A DNA stretch of 64,000 nt from Eledone cirrhosa (Eukaryota). Every line of letters begins with the position of its first letter. Within the stretch, counting starts at the first letter, position 1. The stretch is taken from contig OZ024740.1 in NCBI GenBank assembly GCA_964016885.1, positions 131,130,001-131,194,000 on the forward strand, in the 5' to 3' direction. Under the pieces are notes generated by a model. The model saw only the letters and a list, made by a program, of their open reading frames with translations, ran no database searches and was not told where the DNA came from. Below are positions 1 to 13,274 of this stretch, piece after piece. Both the position numbers and the translations under genes were made by a program.

Positions 1-29
1 AAACTGCATGTGTCAGTCACATAAGTAAT

Positions 30-213
30 TGTTTCTACTTTTGGCACAAGGCCAGCAATAACCCAGTACATTACTGGTACTTTATTTTATCGACCCCGTA
101 AGGATGAAAGGCAAAGTTAACCTCGGCGGGATTTGAACTCAGACCTTAAAGGGGCGTAACTATGCTGGAAAGCATGGCGTCCGACTCTCTACCGATACTG
201 CCAATCCACCGCC
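30..213 (-). mobile_element. tRNA-derived SINE, full-length copy
   Basis: Reverse complement has an A-box (tggcagtatcgg), a B-box (gagttcaaatccc) and the central gcctttcatcc...ggggtcgataaaataaagtaccag domain. Flanked by a ~15-bp TSD agtcacataa(g/a)taat. Seven more copies in the window. Confidence 0.9.
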
Positions 214-1682
214 AGTCACATAAATAATGGTGTATAAGCATGATAGACCTGTTTCTACTACCTCCTCACTCTTTCCACCTTAATGCAGGTCAATTCCCTT
301 GAAATATACCATCAGAGGGAATCTCCACGAGGGCAGATTCCCCTTAGTCCTGTGACAAGTTTACCTGGACCGAAATACTGGTAAGCACTAAGATAGAGTA
401 AGCTAATTACTGTTCGTGGCAGGTAAATCTATAATCTGGGATGGCATATTTTATGACACGTTCTCCGTCTCCAAACTTGTAATTTCGGAATAAAATACAG
501 ATACCACCGACTGTAATGTTGAGCAGAAAAGACAACAAAATCCTAGATCTTATCCTACCACTACTATACTTGCCGGTCAGCGGTGAGGCCTCAGGTGTTT
601 TAGGATGCCAAGGTGATGTTTTCTCCACAAAAGGGAGGAGTGCATAACGTGGCAGGAACTCTGGAGTTATAGTGTGGGATGTGGTGGGTATCGTTTCCTG
701 TTCTTTGGAGTAACGTATTGGCGGGCCACTGCTCACACATACTACATAGAGTGGACTGTAAAATCTATGCTAACCTTATATACTTACCTATGAATTACCT
801 TATACAGGTGAGAACTAGATGACCCGATGTCCACATTCACACATTTGGTACACCTAGTGAGTAACTGACGTAAAATTGGAAAACGTTGCGCTGATTTTTG
901 AAGCTCTTACACTATTCTCCCAAACCTAAAAGGCAGTGGAAACATTTATCTAAGATGCCATCCTAGTCGCCTTCGAAAACTCAAGAATGAAAGGTTCTTA
1001 GGAAGATCTTTAGACGCCTGAAAATGTTGGGATTCCTCCACATGTATAGATGGTCATTCACCTGAAACCTTGTGTTTCGTTACTGACCACACCCATCACT
1101 ACTGTCTTACATTCTTAGTACAAGAAAATGGATAGTACAGAGAGATTCAGTCATTTCTGAAACAAAAGAGTGGTTCTGCCACCCAATAAGAGACAGCATT
1201 GACATGGGTACATCATGTGACCACTGGAAAATTATTCGAAGGCTGTGGTTTCGCTAATGGTTAGCATATATATGGTCATGACGGTTATGATGGTGGTAGT
1301 GGAGTTGGCATTGTTTACTCTTGCATTCTCGTTCATTTCTTAGGCATTGTCAACGATTTAAAGCATGCTTAGTTCGTGCGCGATGTGGCTGTTCTAATTT
1401 GTGGATGCAAAATATTTGAGACAAATTTCCACATTTTCTCAGAGCAATGTATAGCACATTATCTATACTTGTTAGAAAGGCAATATGTGAAAAATAGCAA
1501 ATGTATGAGGAGATTAGTAGATGTCGATAACGAACAACAGCAATACAAATAAGAGGTATTATAGCTTTATTGTCCACGAAGATCGAAATACACAGAGCAA
1601 TACACAAAAGAGGGACAGTACTGATTTAAATAAAATGTGTAAAAAAAGATAACAGTCGATAAGTAAGAAAATCATTAATAAG

Positions 1683-1862
1683 TGTTTCTACTTTCGGAGC
1701 AGGGCTACAAAATACCAAGTACAATACTGGTACTTTATTTTATCGACCCCGTAAGGTTGAAAGGCAAAGTTAACATCAACGAGTTTTGAACTCAGACCGT
1801 AAAGAGACGTAACTATGCTAGAAAGCATAGCGTCCAACCATCTACTGATACTGCCAATTCGC
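1683..1862 (-). mobile_element. tRNA-derived SINE, diverged copy
   Basis: Aligns by eye to 30-213. Confidence 0.85.
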
Positions 1863-2870
1863 CATACATTTCCCCACTAGGGGGCAATACTGACCAGATT
1901 TTACTTAAGAGCCCCAAAGATATTAAATCACCCTATTCTGCAGGAGCACAACCAAATGTTCTTATCATTTTTAATCACTGCAGCATGTTAATGGTCAGAG
2001 TGTAAGCGAGATATTTATATAACAACCATGGGCTCCACTGGTCCCACTTGCGTATTTAGCCGGATAATTTGGAATCGGTTGCTACTGACATGAATGGTAT
2101 CAAACTATATTCTTTTGACTGAAACGACATACATACTTAACAAAATGTTGTAAGTGTCTATTCTTATTTGCTGCATTGTGAACGATATGAATATCATGCG
2201 TTGAATTATGTGTTGGTCCATTATATAATTTGTCTTCGAAGGGAGTAGCGAATTAGTGAAGGTGGTTGGCCTAAAACTTGTTGTAAGGAAACCAGTTAGC
2301 CAATTTAAATTAAGAAACGGTTTGTAATTAGCAGTATACAGTTTGTAGGCTTTTGAGAGTATGAAAACCATCAGACTTCGGAGAAAATATTAATTACTTC
2401 TATCCTGCTGCTGAGAATTAGTAGTTGCACTTTCATCTACCTAGTAGTAGTATGTAAATGGAATATAACAATACAGGAAATTCTTGCATTTAATTCAGCC
2501 CTCTGCCTTGAATTGCTTGTGAATACATGAACGTCTCCATCTGCTTCAGTGTAACTTCATTATCATACTGAGTGTATTTTATTTCATGCTATGATAGTAT
2601 GTTAATGCATAAACTGCTACCAGTGTCTCTATCAACCCAGAGAAACTTCTGTGTCTCTTACGTCACATCTGGTGAAGTATGGGCTAAATTGAAGCCGAAT
2701 AAATCCCTACTGTCTAGCTTTCTTGTGAGAAACTTTTCTGAATTTTAACGTATTGAGTTATTTCTTTTTCTGCACTCCATAAGCCTTTCTACCGAGACTG
2801 TAGATGCTTACCGCAATAAAAGTGTTAACACAAACGTACCTATTATTTGTATATATATATATATATATAT

Positions 2871-2988
2871 CCGGTTGCAACGTTTTTTTGAAATATCCAG
2901 TTCTGCGTTTACAGATTGACTTTGTTAGTTTCAGAAGATTCCGTTAACGGTGAAAGCAGCGATTCTTTGCTTAAACTTTAATCTGTTA

Positions 2989-2995
<7 letters not shown>
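2871..2995 (+). mobile_element. Solo 3'-terminal fragment of the PLE family at 26071-29298, with an HHR-like motif
   Basis: Near-identical to 29173-29298 and flanked by (TA)n on both sides. Confidence 0.85.
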
Positions 2996-3031
<36 letters not shown>

Positions 3032-3035
3032 AACT

Positions 3036-3226
3036 GTAGTGATTTGGATTGGCAGTATCGGTAGAGGGTCGGACGCCATGTTTTCCAGCATAGTTACGTC
3101 CCTTTACGATCTGAGTTCAAATCCCGCCGAGGTTGACTTTGCCTTTCATCCTTACGGGGTCGATAAAATAAACTACCAGTAATGCACTGGGTAATTGCTG
3201 GCCTTGTGCCTAAAGTAGAAACAATT
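3036..3226 (+). mobile_element. tRNA-derived SINE
   Basis: A/B boxes and the same body as the other copies. Confidence 0.9.
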
Positions 3227-4713
3227 ATCGTTAATAGAATGTTTACACTCTAAGATATAAGGATTGGGTATCATCGGAATGATTAATTAATAATCGAAAC
3301 CCATTCCTAAACAAAGTTTCAATGTATAATCATACATGGTATATACAATACTCAACAAAAAGGACTGAAAGGAAACATTAATTCATTAATTAACTGGTGT
3401 ATTACATATTGAAAATTAATGTAACACATTCTGCTAAATCACAAAGCATGATTCTTATAGATTGCATGTAATGCTGACGTAATGAATGTGTCCACATAAT
3501 TATGAAGAATGCACGTGTCTACCTAAAATTTTATCTATAAATTATGTGTAATATATTCTGATATTGTTTGAAGTGTAGGAGGATATTGCAAATTGTATTA
3601 TTCCTGATTATGCTAAAATTAAATTGATTGCTACTACTAATTAGCTTAGTTACTTAGTTAGATACAAGTCCGCTAGCCTAGGTGTGAAAGTAAAATCGAT
3701 TAATACTACACCAGTAGATATATTTTAAGGAAGTCGGAAGGATGAACAGATAAATTCACAGTTGCGAAATTTGAACGTCAAACGTCATAACTTTTAACGT
3801 TTCTTCCAATTCACCACTCTCAAGACAACTAATGAATTGTTTTAAAAATGAACCGCATAATAAATAAAAATAAATACTATTTAGAAAAGGTACATGCAAA
3901 TATGCTTCGTTTTTCACACCCTTATACAATTTGAAACATCTTTATTACATTGGACAATATTATTACACGAATATACTTTTCCTTGACTGGTCATGCTACA
4001 TTTTAGCTTAAAAGGAAATGCTTAATATTGACATGGATATGACAAAATAGGAGAGCATATAATAGAGAAACAGTCTTTTAGCTCATTCTAAAAGATATGT
4101 TTATTAAAAGTTCATCACCTATATTTGTATGTCATTAGTATTAAGTATATTTAGGAAATCCTTCGATTGTTCATGAGTTTCTGTTTAATAGTCTGAAAAA
4201 GAAAAATACATGAATATAATATAGATATGATCCTTGCCGTATTGTGCTTCATATATGCATTTGTTTCGAGCAATGTTCTCTTGGTAATTTCCTAGTCTTC
4301 ATCCGGTTCCAAAACTAACTATCTATTGTGTGGCTCTAATTGATGAGGCGAAATGCTTATGCCTCAATAATATATGCCATTACAGCTGTGAATATCTATC
4401 TGCATTCATAACCCGATCATTGTCACAATAACAAGTGTTATTCGGGTTATATGTTAGTTTCTGTTACTGAATGCAACTCTACTACCCCTTTAGTTTGAGA
4501 TATGTTACTCCGAGAATGACTTCCCTCATTCGTTGTAAATATCTCTCTTGTTGTTCGGTATATTTGATTTTATGACCTCTGTTGACGGACTGTTCTTGGA
4601 TGGTTTATGCTTTGACAAATGTAGCATTTCGGCTTCACACTTCATTCTATTTTTCTCACGATGCTTCCTTACACAGCCAAAGTTGCAAGATTCCCGAAAT
4701 ACATGCGTGCATG

Positions 4714-4748
<35 letters not shown>

Positions 4749-5404
4749 ATGCGTATGTGTGTGTGTTTGTATGTGTGTATGTGTGTGTATGTGTGTGTAT
4801 TTGTGCGCCTGTGTCTGTGTACGTACGAATGTATTAGGTATATTGTAAATAATGAAATAGCTAATAGTAGCATTATGGTTCGATACTATAGAAAGAGTAT
4901 TATACGAGAGAAAGGAAAGTTGGAATATATGAGCAGAAAAATAGTATATATGATTGCTTGTTTCCATTGTGTTTTATAATTTGCTATCATTTGTATGGAT
5001 AGTACTGAAATAGTAATTTATTTATTAATGTGCGGGTAGTCCGAATTTGATTAACAGCTGAAAATGTGCCGAGTAATATTATGATGGTAAATCTTTACAT
5101 TTCTCCTGCTTAATAATTAACTGTGCTTGTAATAACACAACTGCTAAAAATATTAGTAATGACGAATTCTTTCGTCGAACTTGAGAGACTCTCTTGGGTA
5201 ATCGTTCTGGTTGATTAAATTATGACCTTTTTTTAAAATAATATGTCTGCACTCTTATATGAGTGTGTGTATAAATCAATATACTTGTCTGTAACTATAT
5301 GTTCATTTTCACATACTAGCTATTGTAGTGTACGTTTATTACACGATATTTGTATTAGTATTTTTGGAGGGTAATTTATTTCAGATGAGATCCAATGTAA
5401 TTTT

Positions 5405-5442
<38 letters not shown>

Positions 5443-5734
5443 AACAAAAAATACAAATTATTTTGTGTGCCTCTATATGTTATTTTCAGCAACCAACTCA
5501 TTTCACCGTTCCGAAAAAAATCGACAATACGAAAACTCTTGCAATTACAAAATTGAAGCACCAAATCATGCCGTTTTAGTAAGGGTGATATATCTGTAGT
5601 AACATTTAAGGCAGCACGAACTAGAACCAACGGAAGAAATTTTACGGTCGACAATTTCACTGTCAAATGTATATATTGATGCCTGTTTGATATTGCACCA
5701 AATATTTCATCGGTTTGAATATTATACTTTATTC

Positions 5735-5960
5735 AGATTATTTTCGGAAATGTGCACTTCCACGACACCCTCAACAACATGTTCTAGCTCAGAATAATCA
5801 TACAATTCCATTCTTATAGATGTTTGGCTCAATGAATTTTGAAAACTTTCTCCCAAAATGACCAAAAAGGATGAGAGAACAAATAAGATAGTCCTTATCA
5901 AGAATAACATAGCAGCAACTTTTTGACTGGATAGGGTTGGTGCACAATATCAACTTGGTT
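5735..5960 (-). pseudogene. Possible highly decayed mariner transposase C-terminus
   Basis: Cross-frame translation gives DIVHQPYP, KDYLICSL and IYKNGIV*L, resembling the mariner motifs HPPYSPD, SDYHLF and FY..GI..L..RW. Many stops. Confidence 0.3.
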
Positions 5961-6485
5961 CAAACTCAAAACAACGCGGATGATTGAGGGAAAGATTCAC
6001 ACACAGTATTTCATCTGTCATATTATCAAAATGCTGTTGCCATTCCTAATGATTTCCCGTGGAATTACACCGAAAACTGTGAAGTCTTTGAAAATATATC
6101 AAACGTTGCTGCCATTCGTGTATCAGGCAAATCTGGCAAAATGTAATTCATTCCGATATCTATACTTTGGGTTTTGAAACATATTCTTGTTCACTTAAAA
6201 GAGTAAATGAAACACAGAAGGAGATTTCTTTTAATGTAATCGCAGGCTAATAGAAACAAAACAATGTCGGAGGAATTGAGTCCTAAATTCAGAAGTCCTG
6301 GACATAGCTGCGTCACAATCATGTTGTTCTCATTTCCAAAAACACTGTTAGTAAAACAAGATTGATACATGTATACATATTCAGATATGCCTATATAATC
6401 ATTTATTGATGCTATTACATCACTCAGGGGTATTAAATGAAAGAAAAATATCTAACAATAATGATAATTATTATTTCTTGATTAG

Positions 6486-6670
6486 GGTGGTGGATTGGCA
6501 GTATGGTAGAGGGTCGGTCGCCATGCTTTGACGCATAGAGTTACGGCCCTTGCCATTCTGAGTTCAAATCCCGCCGAGGTTAACTTTGCCTTTCATCCTT
6601 ACGGGGTCGATAAAATAAAGTACCAGCAATGTACTGGGAAATTGCTGGCCTTGTGCCAAAAGTAGAAACA
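6486..6670 (+). mobile_element. tRNA-derived SINE inserted in the 3' tail of an L1/Tx1-like remnant
   Basis: Exact 16-bp TSD attatttcttgattag at 6470-6485 and 6671-6686. Confidence 0.92.
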
Positions 6671-7750
6671 ATTATTTCTTGATTAGCTACAAGGAACGAA
6701 ACATAAAGGATGATTCGAAAAAAAGCAACAACCACAAAAACAACGGACTGTAAAAAAGGAAACTCAAAACAATTGACAATGAATAAATAAGTAGATGATT
6801 CTCCAATAGAGGGGGTGTCATCCAGTGATGTTTTATGAAGCAGACAGATTAGAAACCACCTTAACCACCAAGAGCTCCCTTTGTAGGTACACACATCTCT
6901 CCAAGATCTTCAGCTCACAGGCATATCAGCTGAATAGTCTTATTCACCCACCTTTAACACATTTACTAAGAGTGAAGCACGCTACACTCCACCCACGGAT
7001 TCGTTTCTATGTGGAACTTGTGGAGACGATAAGGGCTTGGCCGAAGATGAACGTGTCTGTCTTTAGTGATTGCAGTCGCGTTCATCATACAACGTCTTTC
7101 ACTACAGAAACCAGATTGGAACGATGCATGCCTTTCCCGTAAAAAAAAGACGGTGGGGGTGATCATTGAATGGAATCCAATAGCCGGAACTGTCCTACAC
7201 GTTTTATTATTATTTGTTAATACTATCGTCAATATTTTTCTTATTACTGTTGATGTTTTCATTGGCATTTGTATTAGTGATGCCATTTGATTTATTCTTG
7301 CTCACAATTATACGGCTATTTATTTTTTTCTTACTTTTCTGTAATATGTTGTGTTGTTTCAACGCTGATGATTATATTAGTGGTTGTATTGGTAGGGGCA
7401 ATATTGTTGTTTTTTGTATTTTCTTTTTGTACATATTTTTTAGTTGTTCTTATTGGAAAAGACTGGAATATAGCTTCATAATTTCCAAGTCGGTGGAGAT
7501 GCTGCCTTTGCTGTTTCTGTTGGTGGCAACGAAGTACTTGTTGTTGATGTTTGTAGTGGGTATACCGTCATTGGTGATTGTAATTCCGTTGGTTTTATTC
7601 ACGTTTTTTCTTGGTTTTATGGAGAAAATGTAGCATGATTTTTCATGTAGCTTTTCGCTTTCACTGTTCTGACCTTTTGATGGATATGGGTTAGTTGCCA
7701 TAATACTTTTAGAAATCTATAGGTATAGTTTGCGAAATAAAATTGCAATA
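6671..7750 (-). mobile_element. Older decayed L1/Tx1-like LINE remnant (ORF2 C-terminus plus 3' UTR)
   Basis: Minus-strand translation LVSVVKDVV**TRLQSLKTDTFIFGQALI...KFHIE matches the 8194-8475 peptide (AKEIVWWTRLKGLKTSNCFFGDALINFFKFHVK). The 3' end is similar to 7945-7968. The upper boundary is approximate. Confidence 0.6.
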
Positions 7751-7890
7751 TTATCACCCGAGGTTGGAATGTTATGGTTTCTGCTTTCTAACGGGCATTG
7801 AATCGCACACTATGTACCGTTTATAACAAAATATTGACGCGTAAATATCAACAAAACATACGGAGTGAATATATGCGTGACAAAATCAAT

Positions 7891-10190
7891 CAATAATAAT
7901 AATGATAATAATAAAAATAACAACAACAACAACAACAATAATAATGATTTCTTTATTAACCACAAGGGTTTACACAAAATAAGACATTAAGAACAATACA
8001 GGACAATACAGGACGGTACAAATGGGCATTTCTGCGGGTAAAAAAAAAAAAACAATGGATGTAACAAAAAAAGAAAGAATGACAAATTTCCCAATATGGG
8101 GAGGAGATTCGAGGGACGTTCGTGGAGAGAGTCCATTAAAAAAGCCACGGTGACCACCAGGGCAAGTGCCCGCTCCCAGTTTTCCACCATAATTTACATA
8201 CACATACTCAGAGTAGGCCCATTCACTCGGGCCATTCTTGCCTCTCTCACCCATCTTTCAACAAAATACTGGGAAAAGAGCACTTCCCTCTCTACCATGA
8301 TTTTCTTTTTCACATGAAATTTGAAAAAATTAATCAGGGCATCACCGAAGAAGCAATTGCTCGTCTTCAGCCCTTTCAAACGCGTCCACCATACTATCTC
8401 TTTCGCCATGGCCATCAAACAGATATAAACTGCCTGCCTTTCCCGGCTAAAGGAGGAGGGCGGGGCAATCCTCACGTGGATTCAGTTGATAGCCGGATCC
8501 ATCCTGTCTGTGTGTTTAATTCTTCTTGTGTTTGTTTTGGTTGTTTGCGTTTCGGGGATTGTGGGGGTGGTGTTGATGTGGATGTTGGTGCTGATGTTAT
8601 TTGGAAATGTTTGCATTCATTGTGTCTGTATTTTTTATTGTGTATGTTTTTGTGTTTTGTTGTGGCTTTATTTTTTTTGGTGAGTTTTCTCTTTTGTGTT
8701 TTTGGCAGACAAAGAGACTGTGGCTGTGTGTGTATCTGTGTCTGTGTGTGCGTTTATTGTTTTGTCTATGTGTATAATTGGAGTGGTAGCGGGTGGGAGA
8801 GCTTTCCTCGTTTTCCCCTTGGATTGGTTTAGGTATTAGTGGTGGTTGTCCGGCTGTTTTTGATGTTGGTGAGGTTACCCGTGTCTTTGTTGGTGTTGTT
8901 TTGGGTGGTGGTGGTGTAGCTTTCCGTGCGGACACTGGCGTTGGCAACATAGGAGGTTTGCGAACCCCTACGTTTTTCAGCAGAGGGCAGAATGCTTGCG
9001 GATGCGTTATTTCCCCGCAGACGAAGCAATGTGGCCTCCTCCCCTCAGTGATTAATTGGATTGTTGTCCCGTCCTGTTGGTGGGCAAAATCCGGGATGTT
9101 GTTGATGTCATCTGGTTTCATTTGGAGAAGAATCTCCAAATACATTCCGAACCAATCTTCTTTCTCTGTCCTGTTCATATCTAGGAGGGTAATGCCTGTC
9201 TCCTACTCGATTACGCATCGCAGGAGCCATCATATGTTCATTCCTGGGGGGATCATGTGAATGCGGACCTTTACTGTCCTTTTGCCTATGTGGGACGGAT
9301 GCATGATTATGTGTTCCGTTCTGATGGTACCGAACTGCTTGGCTTTGCATTGTACTCGATGTCACTTCCAATACACCTCAAAGCAGCCTCGACCTCTGCT
9401 TGGCTGGCGAATTCTACTTTGCGTGTCTGCACTGAAATGCATTGAAAGTACACCCTCCTCCATTCCATGGCCGCTATTTCCCAGTCCAGGGTGGTCAGGT
9501 TTGCTCCTTTAATTAACCTCCACGCCTGGGCCAACTGTTGTTCCTTATCCCTTTGTTTTCGCTGCTGCCGCTGCAAATGTGTTGCCTCAGTTGCTCTTTA
9601 TGTTGGTGTTGGTATTCTTGCTCTTGTTGTTGGTGTTGTTGCTGATTTTGTTGTTGCTGTTGCCGTTGCCGCCGCCATCAGTGTTTACATTGTTTACAAT
9701 GTTTACATTGAGGCTGTCGGTGGTATGGTCGTTGTTGTTCTGAGTTTTTGTTATGTTGGTGGTGGTGGTTGTGGCGGCGGTGTGTTGATGTCATTTTGAA
9801 GGGTACTGCTACTATCACAACAGGTTGTGATGGTTACTTGTGTGTTTTGTTTCTGTATTCAGTAGGATGGGCGACAGGCTTGTATGTAGTAGTAGTAGTT
9901 GTGGTGAGATTTATAATGGCTGTTTTTGAACTTTTTATCTGTACGTCGTTTACTCTTTCAAGGTAGAAATTTCCACTTTTTTCTTTTGATGGAGAAGCGA
10001 TTTTTTTTTTGTGAGCTATTAAAAGTAAATCTGGATATTCGTGCCTGAAGCTCGAATAGTAAGAGGTTTCCCCTCCTTGGAACCAAAGTGGTAACTTATG
10101 CTTCGTAATCGACAAGAAAATACAAAATATGATACTTTGAAACAGCTTAAAGTTACGAACCTTTTCCACCTCAGACTTGTGCGTTTTCAA
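7891..10190 (-). mobile_element. Internally deleted L1/Tx1-like LINE: gag-like ORF1 with CCHC knuckle joined to the ORF2 C-terminus, with a (TTA/TTG)n tail
   Basis: ORF 8597-9178 has EGRRPHCFVCGEITHPQAFC (CX2CX4HX4C), and 9307-9576 is the upstream part of ORF1. 8194-8475 resembles an L1/Tx1 ORF2 C-terminus. AATAAA precedes the simple-repeat tail. No EN or RT is present. Confidence 0.7.
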
Positions 10191-10212
10191 ACATGTGCGT
10201 CAATAATAATAA

Positions 10213-10388
10213 TTGTTTCTACATTTTGGCACAAGGCCAGCAATTACCAAATGAATTACTGGCACTTTATTTTTTCGACCCCGTAAGGATGAAAGGAAAA
10301 GTTAACCTCGGCGGCATCTGAACTCAGACCGTAAAGGGACGTAACGATGCTGGAAAGTATGGCGTCTGACCCTCTACCGATACTGCCA
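10213..10388 (-). mobile_element. tRNA-derived SINE
   Basis: Same family, slightly truncated at the 5' end. Confidence 0.85.
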
Positions 10389-11504
10389 TAGCAAAAACAG
10401 AAGAGAATGGGAATGCTATGGCCTATATGTAGAAGGTGATGGCAAAGAAGGAAACGAAGACGACACAGATGATAATGAAGAAGAAGTCAAATAGTTTCCC
10501 AATGATGTTTATGATAAGAAACTCTGACATAAGCACCGCAGTAATAGACACGATAGGAAGAATTAGAACAGTGTAGCAATAACAAATAGAAAAGGCAATG
10601 TATAAAATATTAATTTTGAAAAGATGATGAGATATGAAAAAATAGAAAACATGGACGGAAATGAAACTACATTACTTTTTCTTATTTGATTTCCTCTTAG
10701 CGATATCTAACATCGTATAATTTCAATTGAATCACTGGGAATACCATTCAGAAGCAACAAACATTTTATACCCATTAAAATACAAAGTTTCCTGTTATAT
10801 TTGTTGTTGAGTTTACTATGATATCTGAATTTAACGTGGTGCATATTTTATGAAGTGTACACGGAAATATAAACGAACAACATCTGTGAAAAATATATTT
10901 TACTTTCTTCTGACTTGCTATCTCCGTAGCTTCCATTAAATTTATACTGCATGCATTTGTACTATCAAACTTCTACTTTAATTTTCCTGCGTCAGAAATG
11001 CGTATATTTATTTGTGTATGTGTGTATGTATGTATATACGGATGTATATTTGTATCTGTGTATGTATGTATGTATATTTGTATGTATGTGTGTCAGTTTC
11101 TTAATACTAGTGTTTATGTCTGGCTGTACTTGAGTTTCATTTTATTTATTTTTAAAGTATTATCAGCGAGGATTTAAATTATGCTCAGTTCAAAATCTAT
11201 CTTCTGAATGAGAATACACGCAATATACACAATTTATGTAAATTTACAATTATCTATACTTCTTTACACAGACTGAAACACGAATTATTACGAGTTTCAA
11301 ATGAACTGATATGAATGATTATCTCGTTGTTGGCTAATTTCCCCGAAGTTTATACCATATGACATCTATAATTCAAATGGTGCATATTTCAAATTGCATT
11401 TAATAATTCAGAAGGAAGCCTATCCATTAAAAGGAGGCTATTATAGTACTGTTGATATTTAAAATTGTGTGATCAATTTTCCACAAAGCTAACTTGTGTG
11501 CAAA

Positions 11505-11507
<3 letters not shown>

Positions 11508-11580
<73 letters not shown>

Positions 11581-11582
11581 AA

Positions 11583-11613
<31 letters not shown>

Positions 11614-11650
11614 AAGAAGAAGAAGAAGAAGAAGAAGAAGAAGAAGAAGA
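11508..11650. repeat. Compound microsatellite (TA)n(GA)n(GAA)n
   Basis: Seen directly. Confidence 0.98.
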
Positions 11651-13274
11651 ACTATATTGTCTAATGAATTGGGAATATAACCCCTTCTGTATGGGAAATT
11701 GTACACCTTCGTCCTCGGGAATCAGGCTCACAACTCCCAAACATTATGAATATTACCCTCGTGAATTCTACCCCACTAAATATTTCCTACACATCAACAC
11801 GTAATTACAACGCAAAAGCCATGTTGTATTCTAAGATACATCTAATATATCGATGTAGCATAACTACTGTTGTACTTCTATCGTTTCCGACGAGTAATGC
11901 ACTATTTGAATCTATCAACGGATCTGCCAGTTCATGAATTTAAGGTGCAAATAGCTGAGTATTCTACAGAAATCTGCTCGTTTAATGCAACTCTCTTGAA
12001 TGTTCAGCATGCCACAATGTGAGACAATACAGGCATATTACATTAGATATATAAATATCATTAAACAAATTGCATTTCAAAAGAACATAATGTAAAACCT
12101 AGTTTTCGAATCAAACTCTCTACACTGCAAATCATGCACATCACTATGATTGGACACCAATATTTTTCCGCTTTTGCACTAACAATCGAAAGAAACTGTA
12201 CAACAATACGCGTACACCTCATACACATAATTAACATACAAAGATGCAAATCTAATGACTTAGTGACATAAACAATCTGCCAAACACATAAATGTACTCC
12301 ATTTTGCAACGCCATCCCTACTTCGATACAACAAGCGAACATTAATAATAATCTACACTTGAATTCATTTCTACTTGTGTCACCACTAATGAAAATACAC
12401 TGACAGTCACCTAATCATAGCTCTAGAAAAAGCACAGTGAGACAGACACTAGCCAGCTGGAGACAAACATTAATATACTACCACCATAAACCCCATGAAT
12501 ATACTGCATGTACCCAGTTGGATTTGGTATCGAATTTCCCTATCGCTTGCATAAGCAAACAAAAAGATTTGGTTTACCACATCAGATGAAGTTCGATTCA
12601 CCAGACATCTGCGGATAATTTAGCCGTAGACAATCACTCACTTAAATCAATATTCGTTTTAGTTTACCTCGAAATCAACAGGGAAACACCCATGTACACT
12701 TGTGTTTATAAACCATCGAAAGAGGCACACATACACACATATGATTATATATATATGCATCACAGAAAAAAAAAGAATCGGTGTTGTACGAATCGAATTT
12801 ACTTACTAAAATGTATCGCAAGGTCCTCAGATACATCTTGATTCTACGAAGCAGAGTTTCCTAGGAAAACCGTGCCTCCAGCATATATATATATATATAT
12901 ATATAATTATATATTCGTGTACAGATATTTGTGCATACACAATAACAAAATATAAAATAACGTATTTATTTCGAGAGGTTCGATAAGGAAAACATATCTA
13001 TCAAATATATAAGAACCCTAGAGCAAATCGCAAGCAACGCCGGGCCCTTGCGTCAGTTTAAATTAAATCTGTTTCCCAAAGAAACAAGTAATTTTCGATC
13101 TCTCAATAGGATACTCCTTTCCTAATATGTGGTTAAGCCCTAAAATATTTGGGATGATCAAACTTGCTAAGGTAAGATTATTTTGCTATCTGAGCGATTA
13201 TGATTTTATTTCTAGCGCGTTTTATGTTTTTCAAAATAATAAAAATAATTAAAATGTGTGTTTCTTATATATAT

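Noticed and set aside
407-736. 109-aa ORF in a higher-GC segment
   Set aside because: GTG start and no recognisable motif. Probably a decayed repeat.
4526-4979. ORFs rich in YI/HT/CV/RE/poly-K/poly-F here and throughout the window
   Set aside because: They are translations of microsatellites.
5722-5910. 62-aa ORF with a signal-peptide-like N-terminus
   Set aside because: No good splice donor, in-frame stops follow, and other frames look like a mariner relic.
6486-6575. tRNA gene
   Set aside because: The A/B boxes belong to the SINE head, with extended spacing, no cloverleaf and flanking TSDs.
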